Origin: the human T2T-CHM13v2.0 reference genome, Homo sapiens
Reading direction: 5' to 3' (one strand)
NCBI RefSeq assembly: GCF_009914755.1
Contig: NC_060925.1
DNA: 64,000 nucleotides
Shown here: positions 36,180 through 51,450 of the stretch, one piece after another
Layout of the letters: every line of letters begins with the position of its first letter
Numbering within the stretch: the first letter of the stretch is position 1
The notes under the pieces: model-generated
The model's input: the letters and a program-made list of their open reading frames with translations, nothing else
Databases searched by the model: none
Told to the model about the DNA's origin: nothing
Made by a program: the position numbers and the translations under genes

Positions 36180-38465
36180 ACTAAAATAGAGATCAGCATT
36201 CAAGTGATCAGCCAAGGGCAAAGACCGCACTAAAAATCTGAGAACATGGGAATATGACTCCTACTTGCCAAAGAAAATTTCAAACCACTGAATTGGAAAC
36301 ATTAGACCTAAAATGATTGGATTAGATCTCACCTCCAACCCTTTTACCCTAGCTCCATTATTTTTCAGATAAGGAGACCAAAGGCCTAAGAGTAAAAGTG
36401 ATTTATCTGGTCATATTTTTTACTTATTCATTAATTCAATAAGCATTTAATGAACAACTCTGATGAACCCAGTGCAAGGCTAAATGGTAGCCAGGGGTGG
36501 ATCTCTATTTGCAGATCCAGAATCTTATACAATTTTAAGATAAAAATGCATAAGTAGGTCAAAAGGTGAACACTTTTGTAGAATAATGGAAAACACAAAA
36601 AATGTTAAAGCCAATAATCATCACAAGCATCATAAAATCCAGAAAAATAGCATAATATTTATATGAAGTAACTGCCTGTCACACACACCTCTATACTGAC
36701 ATACCTAATATTACTGTGCTTTGCTTTATTGTGCTTCACAGACACTGTGTATTTTTACAAATTGAAGGTTTGTGGCAACCCTGAGTCAAGCAAGTCTATT
36801 TCCAACAGCATGTGCTCGCTTCATGTCTCTGTGTCACATTTTGGTAATTCTTGCAATATTTATTTCAAACTTTTTCATCATTATTATGTCTGTTGTGGTG
36901 ATCTGTGGTCAGTGATCTTTGATGCCTCTATTGCAATTGTTTTGGAGCACTATGAAGTATGACCAAATAAGATGGCAAATCAATCCATAAATGTAGTGTG
37001 CATTCCAACTGCTCCACTGACTGGTCATTCCCTGTCTCTCTTTCTCCTCAAGCCTCCCTATTCCCTGAGACATGACAATATTAAATTTAGACCAATTAAT
37101 ACCTTACAATGGCCTCTAAGTGTTCAAGTGAAAGGAAGAGCCACGTGTCTCTCACTTTCTATAAAAAGCTAGAAATGATTAAGCTTAGTGAGGAAAGCAT
37201 GTCAAAAGTTAGTCAAAAGCTAGCCCTCTTGCATGAAACAGTTAGCCAAGCTGTGAATGCAGAGGAAGAGTTCTTGAAGGAAATTAGAAGTGCAACTCCG
37301 GTGAACACACAAATGATAGAAAAGCTGAATAGCCTTATTGCTGATATGAAGAAAGTTTTTAGTAGTCTGGATAAAAGATCAAATCAGGCCCAACATTTCC
37401 TTAAGCCAAAGCCTAATGAAGAGCAAGGCTCTATGTCTCTTCAATTCTATGAAGGCTGAGAGAGGTAAGGAAGTTGCAGAAGAAAAGTTTGAAGCTGGCA
37501 AAAATTGGTTAATAGAGTTTAAGAGGCCATTTCTGTAACATAAAAGTGCAAGGTGAAACAGCTAGTGCTGATGTAAAAGCTGTTGCAAGTCACCCAGAAG
37601 ATCTAGCTAAGATAATTGGTGAAGATGGCTATGCTACACAACAGATTTTCGATGAAGACCAAAATCTTTCCGTTGGAACAAGATGCCACCTAGGATTTCA
37701 TAGCTAGAGAGGAGAAGTCAGTGCATGGCTTCAAAGCTTCAAAGGACAGGCTGACTCTCTTCCTAAGGTCTAATGCAGCTCGTAACTTAAACCAATGATC
37801 ATTTACCATTCTGAAAATCCTAGGGTCCTTAAGAATGAGGCTAAATCTACTCTCCCTCTATAATCTACTCTATAAATGCAAAAACAAAGTCTGGATTACA
37901 GTACCTCTGTTTCTAGCATGGTTCACTGAATATTTTAAACTCACCACTGAGACATACTGCTAAAAAAAAGATTCCTTTCAAAATACTATTGCTCATTGAT
38001 AATACACCTAGTCACCCAAGAGCTCTGATGGAGATATATGAAGAGATGAATGTTGTTTTCATGCCTGCTAACACAACATCCATTCTGCAGCCTATGGATC
38101 AAGGAGTAATTTCAATGTTCAAGGCTCATTATTAAAATAAAAACATTTTTTAAGGCTATAACTGCCATAGATAATGATTCCTCTGGTGGATCTGGGAAAA
38201 GTAAATTGAAAACCTTCTGGAAAAGATTCACTATTCTACATCCCATTAAGCACATTTGTGATTCATGAGTGAAGCTCAAAATATCAACATTTACAGGAGT
38301 TTGGAAAAAGTTTATTCCAGCCCTCATGGATACATTTGAAGGATTCAAGCCTTCTGTGAAGGAGGTCATTGCACATGTGGTGGAAATGGTCAGAGAACTA
38401 GAATTAGGAGCAGAGCCTGAAGATGTGACTGGATTGTTGCAATCTCATGATAAAACTTGAATGGA

Positions 38466-38751
38466 GGAATAAAAAGAAATTGGGTAATGGGTACAAACAT
38501 ACAGTTAGATAGGACAAATAAATTCTAACTTTCCATAGCAAGGCAGGTTGACTATAGTTAACAACAATGTATTGTATATTTCAAAATAGCTAGAAGAGAG
38601 AACTTGAAATGTTACCAACACATAGTAATGATAAATACTTGAGGTGATGGACACCTCAAATATCCTGACTTAATTATTACACAGTCTATGCATGTAAGAA
38701 AATATCACATATATCCCATACATACGTACAAATATTTGTATCAATAAAAAT
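38466..38751 (+). mobile_element. L1MA-type 3' end fragment inserted in Tigger1
   Basis: gggtacaaacatacagttagatag...tgtatatttcaaaatagctagaagagag...tatcaataaaaa; 12-bp TSD AACTTGAATGGA (38454-38465 / 38752-38763). Confidence 0.88.
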
Positions 38752-39035
38752 AACTTGAATGGATAAGTTACTTCTTACGGATGAAAAAAAGTTGTTCTTG
38801 AGATGAAATCTACTCCCAGTGAAGATACTGTGAACATTGTTGAAGTGACACCAAAGGACTTAGAATATTACATAAACTTCATCGATAAAACAAAAGCAGG
38901 GTTTGAGAGGATTGATTTTAATTTTGAAAGAAGTTCTACTGTAGGTAAAGTGCTATCAAATAGTATCACACACAACAGAGACATCTGTCATGAAAGATAG
39001 AGTGAATCAATTCAGCAAACTTCATTGTCATCTTA

Positions 39036-41430
39036 TGAGATGGTTTGGCTGTGTCCCCACCCAAATCTCATCTTGAATTATAGTTCTCATAATCCCCACA
39101 TGTCATGGGAGGGACCCGGTGGGAGGTAATTGAATCGTGGGGTCCGTTTCCCCCATGCTATTCTCGTGATAGTAAGTTTTCATGAGATCTGATGGTTTTA
39201 TAAGGGGCTTCCCCCTTTGCTCAGCCCTCATTCTTCTCCTTGCTGCCACTATATGAAGAAGGACATGTTTGCTTCCCCTTCTGCCATGATTGTAAGTTTC
39301 CTGAGGCCTCCCTAACCCTGTGGAACTGTGAGTCAATTAGACCTCTTTCCTTTATAAATTACCTAGTCTTAGGTATTTCTTCATAGCAGCATGAGAACAG
39401 ACTAATACAGTAAATCAATACCAGTAGAGTCAGATGCTGCTATAAGGATACCCAAAAATGTGGAAGCAACTTTGGAAATGGCTAACAGGCAGAGGTTGGA
39501 AGAGTTTGGAGGGGTGGGTCGGAAGAAGACAGGAAAATGTGGGAAAGTTTGGAACCTCCTAGAGACTTGGAGGGCTCAGAACACAGGAAGATGTGGGAAA
39601 GTTTGGAACTTCCTAGAGACTTTTTGAATGACTTCAACCAAAATGCCAATAGTGGTATGAACAATGAAGTCCAGGCTGAAGTGGTCTCAGGTGGAGATGA
39701 GAACTTGTTGGGACTAGAGCAAAGGTGACTCTTGTTGTGTTTTAGAAAGACACTGGCAACATTTTGCCCCTGCAAAGAGGCAAAGAGATATGTAGAACTT
39801 TGAACCTGAGAGAGATGATTTAGGATAATTGGCAGAAGAAATATCCAAGCAGCCAAGTGTTTAAGAGTAAACAGAGCTTAAAAGTTTGAAAAACTTGCAG
39901 CCTGACAATGCCATAAAAAAGAAAAAACCATTTTCTGGGGAGAAATTCAAGCCTGTTGCAGAAATTTGCATAAGTAACAAGGAGCCAAAGGCTAATCGTC
40001 AAGACAATGGGGAAAACGTCTCCAGGGCAAGTCAGAGACCTTCACAGCAGCGCCTCCCATCATAGGCCCGGAGGCCTAGGAGGGAAAAATGGTTTCATGG
40101 GCAGGGCCCAGGGCCCCCTGCTGTGTGCAGCCTAGGGACTTTGTGCCCTGTGTATCAGCTACTCCAGCCATGGCTAAAAGAAGCCAAGGCAGAGCTTGGC
40201 CACAGCTTCAGAGGGTGCAAGCCCCAAGCCTTGGCAGCTTCCACATGGTGTTGAGCCTGCAGGAGCACAGAAGTCAAGAATTGAGGTTTGGGAACCATCC
40301 GCCTTCAGATGATGTATGGAAATACCTGGATGTTCAGGCAAAAGTTTGCTGCAAGGGTGGAGCCCTCATGAAGAACCTTTATTAAGGCAGTGGGGAAGGA
40401 AAATATGGGGTTGGAGCCCCTACACAAAGTCCCCACTGGGACACTGCCTAGTGGAGCTGTGAGAAAAAGGCCACAGTCCTCCAGACCCGAGAATGGTAGA
40501 TCCACCATCAGCTTGCACTGTGCACCTGGAAAAGCTGCAGGCACTCAATGCCAGCCTGTGAAAGCAGCCAGAGGGGGAACTGTAACCTGCAGAGCCACAG
40601 AGGTTGAGCTGCCCAAGGCCATGGGAGCCCATGTCTTGCATCAGCATGACCTGGATGTGAGACATGGAGTCAAAGGAGATTATTTCAGAGCTTTAAATTT
40701 TAATTACTGCCTTATTGGATTTCAGACTTGCACAGGGCCTATAGCCCCTTTGTTTTGGCCAGTTTCTCTGACTTGGAACTGGTGTATTTTCCCAATGTCT
40801 ATAACTCCATTGTATCTAGGATGTAACTAACTTGCTTTTGATTTTACAGGTTCATAGGTGGAAGGGATATGCCTTGTCTCAGATGAGAGTTTGGACTTGG
40901 ACTTTTGGGCCAGTGCTGGAATGAGCTAAAACTTTGGGGGACTGTTGGAAAGGCATAATTGTGTTTTGAAATGTGAGGACATGAGATTTGAGTGTGTATT
41001 TCATTCAGCTTAATGAGTGGACATGAGGAGCCATGGGCAGAATGATATGGTTAGGCTGTGTCCTCACCCAAATCTCATCTTGAATTGTAGTTCCCATAAT
41101 CCCCACATGTGGTAGGAAGGACCTAGTGGGAGGTAATTTAATCATATGAGCAGTTTCCCCCATGCTATGCTTGTGATAGTGAGCAACTTCTCACAAGATA
41201 TGATGGCTTTATAAGGGGCTTTATAAGGGGGCTTCCCCCTTCACTTGGGTCTCATTCTTCTTCTTGCTGCTGCCATGTGAAGAAGGACGTGTTTGCTTCC
41301 TTTTCTGCCATGAATATGTTTTCTGAGGCCTCCTAGCCCTGGGGAACTGTGAATCAATTAAGCCTCTTTCTTTTATAAATTACCTAGTCTTGGGCATTTC
41401 CCCACAGCAGGGTGAGAACAGACTAATAAA
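39036..41430 (+). mobile_element. Complete THE1 (THE1C-like) MaLR provirus: 5' LTR 39036-39409, internal 39410-41042, 3' LTR 41043-41430
   Basis: Both LTRs begin TGA(G/T)ATGGTT(T/A)GGCTGTGTCC and end gactaata(c/a)a; typical THE1-int body; 5-bp TSD TCTTA/CCTTA. Confidence 0.93.
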
Positions 41431-42690
41431 CCTTATTTTAAGAAATTGCCACAGCCACCCCAACCTTTAGCACCCACCACTCTGATCAATTAGCAGCCAT
41501 CAACATCAAGGCAAGACCCTCTGCCAACAAAAAGTTCACCACTTGCTGAAGATGCAGATGATCATTAGCATTTTTTAGTAATGAAGTATTTTTAAATTAA
41601 GGTATGTGCATTGTTTTTGTGACATAATGTGATTGCATACTTAACAGACTACAATATAGTGTAAACATAACTTCTATATGTACTGGAAAATAAAGAACAT
41701 CATGTAACTTGCTTCATTGCAATATTCACTTTCTTGAAATGATCTGGAATGACACCTGCAATATCTCCAAGATAAGCCTATAATATCTTTTCCTGATAAT
41801 TTTGGCTACATACTTCTTGATCACCTTTTCTATGACAAGGATTTGGTAATATCATTTTCTATAGACAAAAAGGAAAGTTATTTTACTCTTCAGCATCATT
41901 GATCAAAGTTTATTTCTGATAATTGGGAGTCTGAAATGGTTTTTAAAATCTTCATCACTCATTTTTGGTAATATAATATAAAATTCAGAATTGCCATCAA
42001 ATTTGAGGGAACATCTATAAAGGAGAGCTCTTCTCTTTTGATTTGATTCCAGCAATGCGAATCAAATCTTCTATGATTTTACGCAGCTGATGATTAGAAG
42101 AATTTTTCATAAACTAACTTCTGCCACCATATAGTTTGAACCTTGTTTCTCTGCTGCTTCCCATATACCTCCCCTGCTTGGAGCCATAGGAATGGCAGTT
42201 TCAAAGGACAGCCTCTAGTCCCCTATCATTGTATCCCAACACCAGATGAGTTGGCACAGGAGACAGTATGATTATTTCTGGAAACTGTTCTTGGACTGGA
42301 TCAGCAAGCAAAGCAATAACTTAACTATACAAAGCAATGAATGTGAACCACAGAAATATGTATCATTAAACTGAAATGAAATACATACTCAATTCAATTT
42401 TCCATTAGCCAAATTCAAATAGCACCCTTGGCCACATCAACAGTTACTTAACATGAGGGAGAGTGTGACTGAGGAGAATTTAGTGGGGAAAGACCTGTAA
42501 GTCTAATTGGTTGTGGTTAAAATACTTATGCAAATTTTACCAAAAGTAAATGACTGTATGAAGCTTTGTTAAAGGTCACCCCCTTCTTCACCAAGTAAAG
42601 GGCTAGTGCAACCTAGGGACTTAAAAGCTGAGCTGCACTAGCTTCATGGTAAATGTACCTCGTGTGGCAGGGATTCAATAATGAACATTA

Positions 42691-43221
<531 letters not shown>

Positions 43222-43879
43222 TTAGGGCCACATAAAGGACCTTTCCAAAGGCTATATGCTAGTCTGAACAGCATTTTAGTTTATGGTCCACATAGTAGCT
43301 AGTAACAAGGGAGAGAGCGAGAGTAATTGGTGAAGGAATCTTTTTAGATTTTTTAAGAACTGATAAACTAGAAAGAACAGCCCCCAAATTTAATCATCTA
43401 CCAAGCAAATGTTCTAAATATTACAAATTAGAGATCAGCATCTTGTTCCTAAGTCTACGTATATAGTCACTGGAACCCTGTCACCCATTTATAACCTACC
43501 TGTAACCACCATTTATTGAGCACTTACATTTACAGGTTCTAGGCAAAGAACTTTACGTGATGTATTGAATTTAATTCATTTGACAGCATTCACTTTTGGA
43601 ATCCTTAGTACTCTATCTAAATATGGAGACTGCTGCTTAAGAAGTATAAATGCATTGCCTAGGAGATACAGATATTAAGTAGCAAAGTAGCATTTGCAAT
43701 AAAGACCTTCTGACTCCAAAGCCAGTTTTGGACTATGTACCAGGCACAATGATCACCGCAGCAGATGTAGAGGTGAAGAAAACAAAGTCTGTGTCCTCAT
43801 AGAAAAAACATTGACAAGAAACAAGAACAAAATCCCAAACATGTCCTGTTTCATGGAAGGCATGTGCTGTGAGAAGCTG

Positions 43880-44330
43880 TATTCCTCCCAGCTCCTGGCC
43901 CATGCACTCATTTTGCTCTGTCACTCAGGCCTCGTTACTTGTTCCTTAACTACACAGAGTATTCCCATCTTGGGGCTTTTGCATTTGATGTCTTTCTGCC
44001 TTGGAACACCTTTCCCCTGGGTTTCCATGTGGTTTATTGCTCATCTCACTGAGGTTTCTGCTCAAACGTCATCTCCTTAAAGAAAACCTTGACCAAACTG
44101 CACCTCTTTCCATTGTATGTTTCCTCTGTTTTTTCTTTATATCGCTTAGCACTACTTGCATGTATGGATGTGAACAGGCATATACCCATCTAGCTCTCAT
44201 CGCCTCCCTCATTAAATGTAAACAGCATGAAATCAGGGGATTCATTTTGTTGTCTGGCTTATCTCCAGTGCTCAGAACAGTAGTCACTGCATTGCAGGTG
44301 ACCAGTAAGTATTTGCGAATGAATGGATGT
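43880..44330 (+). mobile_element. L2 3' end
   Basis: ggcttttgcatttgatg...ctgctcaaacgtcatctcc...ctccagtgctcagaacagt...agtaagtatttgcgaatgaatggatg. Confidence 0.65.
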
Positions 44331-46149
44331 GCCACTTGTGTGGTCTGATGTCAGGAACAGTCAATGAGATAGGCTGTGCCAGAACAGCAGAAACAAAAGA
44401 AAAAACAAGTCCCTGTACACCTGTTACTTCATTGCAGGTCTGGATCTATACCCTGACTTGTTAAGGTTTCCAGAGAAGCCTCCTTCGTCTACAAGACAGA
44501 CAACTTTTTTTTCTTTGTGGAGTAAGCTCCTTTCTCCCTATGAAAGGGCCAGTTTGAGGCTGAAATTGAGATTCTGAGCAACACATTCAGTCCTCACACA
44601 GACTTTCAGTTCTTTGCCATGATCACGTGTACTTCTCCCTGTCAGCAAGCCTGAATTTTAAGATATACTTATTGTGTTTCTCTAGGAAGTTGTTTGTGAT
44701 ATTTAGAGCACGATCTTATCTGCCCAACTATCAGGCACATATACATATATTTGTATACATACACTTTGTAAAAATGGCTAAAGCTAGTCATATATGCTTA
44801 GCAGAAATGGGACCAAGGATTTATATGTCTAAGAGGAAGGCCTTAAAACTTTTGTTCCTTATCCTATAATGCCGTCTTCTTAGAAATATCTCTTTTAATG
44901 AAGAGGATACATTCCAATGTATCAGAGATGTAATAACTAAGTAAGTTCCATGGTGGGCTCCAGCTTTGGCCACCAGTAAGTTACTTTCATTTCCCCAAAT
45001 TGTCTAAGACCACAGTGGATTCAGAGAGGTCAGTGTGTATAGAAGCATCCTCATAGCTCCATTCCCCAGTTAAGTCCTCAATCTCAGCCCCTGAAGCCAT
45101 GGCTGCCACAAATTATTTGTTATTAAAAAAAAAAAGTTTACCTTTAAAACAATGATGCACTTTGTAGATACTGGGGATCCTCCTGAAATCTTTACTATTA
45201 AATTATCTTTTCTTGCTATTTGCTGTAACCCTGGACACATAGTAAGGTGGGAAAACGGATTCATATATTAAAAGCATAGATATTGACCTCGAACTTAATT
45301 TTGGAGAAGTGTTGCCATCATCCCCACACTAGTGTAGGAGCCTCTCCATGCCCTGCAGTGACTGGCCATTGTCTCCCACTCACAAGTATAGCTGGGGAGA
45401 TAAGGGAAATGGGGCCCCTTCCTCCCTGGGCAGCACCCCATCTAGTGACAATGATGGAATCTGCGCATGGTGTCTTGCCTGTGCTTACCTTATTCTCACT
45501 ACAAGGCCAGTGCCCCTCTAAGGACCCACCTTCTCCTCATGCAGGCCAGGACCTAAACTTGTTATTGAGATAAATTCCCTGCATCCTCAGATGCTGTCTT
45601 GGCCACCATCACCTCAAACCACAGACATCAGCTGGAATGGAATATTCAGAAAGATCTGTGAAGTCCAAGACCAGAAATTCTCTAAGCCCACTCTTAACCC
45701 TATTCAAAAGGGTTTATAAATCCTTGGTCCCATTTCTGCTAAGCATATATGACTATATATGGGGATCTGAGGGGCTGTTTAATAGCTCTTATTGATTGAG
45801 CCCGTTAATATAAGCCAGTGTGGTTGGAGCTTAGTAACCAAAGGGCAGAGAGGTATCAGGTGAGGTTAAACAGATAGATAGGGGGCAGATCAGGAAGAAA
45901 CTTATTTATAAGGATTTGAGACTTCTGTGAGGTCCTCTTGCAATAGGTCACAAAAGTTGTCATTGACGTAGCTGAGACTAAAATCTAGGCCTATCTGACC
46001 CCACAGCCCAAACTGTCACAATTACAATGCCTTCCTAATTATTACTGGAACTCAACTCTCTGTAGAAATTCTAACATTTTACTTGTTTCTTATTCTTATA
46101 TTTTCCAATCTAATTTTCCAATTTTTGTACATCCTTTCACTGGCAAACT

Positions 46150-46860
46150 TGTTGCAATATTCATCTATATCCATTACCTCCCCATTCCCAACACCTTCTT
46201 ACCCTGTCTCTCAAAATCTGTTCTCTGCTCTTGAAACTTTAATTGTAATGGGATTTGTTTAGTCTTCACTCTCCTTAATGTCTCCATAACATTTAATACC
46301 CTTTCCTCCCAGAAGTCTCTTGTGTTTTAGTTTCTGTGACATGGCATTGCACTTTCTTATGCTCCTTTACTGGACACTTTTCCTTTCCTGCCCGCTAATA
46401 TGTTATCCAGCTGCTGTTCTCAACCCTCTTCTCTAGGAAGTCGCTCTATTTGCTTCAGCCACCACCTAGAAGTAGGTAGATTCCTAAATCCCAAGCCCTG
46501 TCTTAAATGATATAATTCCACTTCGTTCATGGACCATATTCTTCTTTCCCTCCCAACTCCTTTCTGCTACTATGTTTTTTATTTCTATTAAGAAAAACAC
46601 AACTCTTCTAGTACTCCAGGCAAAAAACTAGTCCCTTAGAAGAGTCTAAGGGAGAAGTCCTTTAGATTCCTTCCTCACCTCTCACAGCTAATCGCTCAAC
46701 AAATCTCGTGGATTCAATTCTGACAATATTTCTCCTATGTATCATATATCTTCTATTCCACTGCCGCTGTTCCAATTCTTACCTCATTACTTCTTGCCTG
46801 GATTATGGAACTTTCTGCTCTTCTATTAATTGACATAAAGGTAGTATTTAAAAAATTTAA
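46150..46860 (+). mobile_element. L2 fragment
   Basis: Degenerate pyrimidine-rich L2 motifs (ctctccttaatgtctc...ttctgtgac...ctaatcgctcaacaaatc...cttgcctggattatg). Confidence 0.5.
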
Positions 46861-46902
46861 GCTCTGAGCATATATGTCACCGCCGTACTATTTTTTATAA
46901 TA

Positions 46903-46904
<2 letters not shown>

Positions 46905-46935
<31 letters not shown>
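46905..46935. repeat. (AC)15 microsatellite
   Basis: Directly visible. Confidence 0.95.
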
Positions 46936-46937
<2 letters not shown>

Positions 46938-46997
46938 CACAGCCCTATTAGTCCTCATTATCCCCATAATGAAATCTAGACTCTTTACCATAGCTTA

Positions 46998-47820
46998 TGT
47001 ATCAACCAGCATAGGCTTGGATTTGCTACAAAGAATCCCATCTGCATGTCTTAAAATAACACATTTATTTCTCATTCATGCAGTCTAATATAGGTTCAAA
47101 TGATGTTGTGCCGAACACTATTAACCTCAGTAGAGAAGCCGCCAGGTTCAAGAGGCTGAAGATTCCCAGAGCCAACAAACAAGACATGAGGTTTTATTCA
47201 GGGCTTACATACAGGGGAGAGAGTCCAGTGGCAGCGGGCTGGGCAGGAAAATGTCTTGCAAACAGCATGCGTTTTATACATAGCATTTTCCCTTAACACC
47301 CTCCCCTTAATGACCGCCACCTGGCAACCTTCATTTAACCCAAAACTCAGGACCTCATCCCCTGTATGGTCAATGTTCCACAGGGCAAGTCAGATGGGTT
47401 CAGATGTTCCTCATGGACAAGGAATGAATCTCTATGTTGACCACTCTTGAATTCCCTAGCTTGGAACACACATTCAGGTGCATGTGCCATAGAGGGTCGT
47501 TCTAAGGCCATGCTTGTTATTGCTATCAGGTGTTTACCCTACAACTGGCTTTCAGGAAGCCATCCCCCATGTGCTGCCTCAATGTTGCACTTCCATATCA
47601 AACACATTTTCATAATCTTATGGCAGCAGGAGAACCAGATATACAGTTGAACACCAGAAATTAAATGCTTCTTCCCACACACACATTCACTGGCAAGAAA
47701 AAAAAAAAAAAAAAAATCACATGACCATGCCTAATTTCAAGGCATATAAAAGTACAGTTCTCCCAGTGCCCAGAAAAAGAAGGCAAGAACTTCAGGGAAC
47801 AGTAGTAAGGTTACCAATAA
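46998..47820 (-). mobile_element. Old MLT1 (J/K-like) LTR split by a younger LTR
   Basis: Left piece (acatttatttctcattcatgc) and right piece (cacattcactggcaagaa...cacatgaccatgcctaatttcaagg...ccagtgcccagaa) flank the insert. Confidence 0.5.
47104..47543 (-). mobile_element. LTR47A-like ERVL solo LTR
   Basis: cagatgttcctcat...caaggaatgaatctc...attccctagcttggaacacacattcaggtgc...gttattgctatcaggtgtttaccctaca is the reverse of the remembered LTR47A start. Confidence 0.7.
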
Positions 47821-47831
47821 ATCTTTTCTGA

Positions 47832-48225
<394 letters not shown>

Positions 48226-49731
48226 TGAAATTGCTTTTTGAATTGTGATATTACCCTAAAAAACTAAAGTCTCCTTGAGAAAAAGTACCATGTATTATTC
48301 AATGGGCCACCCATCTAATAGGTTGCTCAATAAAAATTGTTTCACTAAATGCATTGTCTACCACATAAAGCCCAATTTTTTTCGCTTAACCATAACCTAG
48401 CTCCCGCCATCTTTCTGGCATGATCTCCCATTACATGCCTTCATGAACCTTGTTTTAAACATACAATTGTTATTAATATAATTCTTATTTCTACTATATG
48501 CTCCACATTTTCCCATCTTTGTGCCTTTATTTACTGCTTCCTTACCTTGGAAGCCTCTCTAACACATTTTTCTCCAGTTAAGTCCTACAGATTTTTAAAA
48601 AAGATCTACAGGTATTTCAATGGGCAGTTCTAAAGACAATTCTCTTTCCAGCCTGAAATAATGTCTCCCTCCTCAGATGCCTATCAAATTTTACCCATAG
48701 CCTGTATTACCACTTTATCATTCGAAATGCTCCATAAAGGTCTGTGGGATGAATGTTGAATGTATTACATACTATTAAATCCTTTCCATTCCCTCCCCAC
48801 CTCAGGGACGAGAAATGAACTTCTAAGAATCCATGAAATGTTCAACACCCTATTCTGTCCCTATCAATAAGCTGCTGGAACAATGACCCTAGAGTGTGGA
48901 AATACCTGTGTAACTTTAAATGAATTATCAACAATCAACATTTTGCCAAGGAAACCAATAGGTATGTCTTATTTGTCATTTTGTCTTATTCTTTCTTCCT
49001 GTTGGATTTATTAATGCCCATATCATCAGAGCTATAATAAGCCTTAAAATTAATGTCCAATGTCTTTTGTAGCTTAAGACTTAATTTATTCCCCAAGCCT
49101 TGGACTCCAGCACAATTGGGTTTTGATACATGGATATTTCTGCTTACTTGGGACTCAGTAGAAAAGGACTCCACATTTTGAATGGCCTCGTAAATATATA
49201 TTGAATTTAATTTCCTAACATGCAAAACCCATTTTCCTGTTGTTTAGAGATTTTTCAGGCTGAGGGTAGAGCAAGTTTCCATACGTATTTTTGTTGTGTG
49301 CTATTAATTAGTTCATAAATCAATATGTCTTAGAATTGCACAGATTACCCTAAAGCCAATACACTTAGCATCCGAACATGTAACTGCATTCTTCAATCTC
49401 ATCTTTGTCTCACAAAGATTTTGTTTCAAGCAGTTAAGATTGCTGGGGTCACATGGACATCAATAAAAAGTTAGTGATACTTCAACCTTTTTTACTACAT
49501 TCCTTTTTAAAAAAAAATGTTAATACACAGGGCGGGATAGGAAAGATGCAACATGCAAAATTGAAAAAGAGGTCAAGGAACAGTGAAAAATTGAAGTGGA
49601 GCAGAGCAAGAGACATTTAAAGGTATTCAAAAAGGTCAGTCAGACACATGGGTGTCCATAGGAAAAACAACATAAGATGATGTACTGTGGAAGGGATATA
49701 TATTATAGCAAAGTATGCCATATGTCAATAC

Positions 49732-51450
<1,719 letters not shown>

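Larger units (their letters stand above)
36696..41780 (+). mobile_element. Full-length Tigger1 (TcMar-Tigger) with decayed transposase, interrupted by L1 and THE1
   Basis: Degenerate TIRs (ctgacatacct / gataagccta) flanked by TA at 36694-36695 and 41781-41782. Transposase remnants MASKCSSERKSH...LEMIKLSEE (37109-37459), KISTFTGVWKKFIPALMD (38269-38460) and [14 protein letters not shown] (38803-39000). Confidence 0.93.
36492..42663. mobile_element. Zaphod/MER115-like hAT-Tip100 element split by Tigger1 (own sequence about 36492-36695 and 41781-42663)
   Basis: Starts CAGGGGTGGATC; aaaatccagaaaaatagcataatatt...actgcctg...cacctcta continues after Tigger1 as ...ttggctacatac...tgatcacc...gtaatatcattttctatag; ends agcttcatggtaaat...cctc. 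Confidence 0.6.

Noticed and set aside
37109-39000. Tigger transposase-like ORFs suggesting a domesticated TIGD gene
   Set aside because: Fragmented by frameshifts, stops and an L1 insertion; an ordinary decayed Tigger1.
39525-39625. About 54-bp tandem duplication (MWESLEPPRDL / MWESLELPRDF) in the THE1 internal region
   Set aside because: As I recall, this duplication is part of the THE1C-type internal consensus rather than locus-specific; an alignment to Dfam would confirm.
39482-40830. Several 80-146 aa ORFs in the THE1 internal region
   Set aside because: Remnants and shadows of the degenerate MaLR internal sequence; no intact gag/pol.
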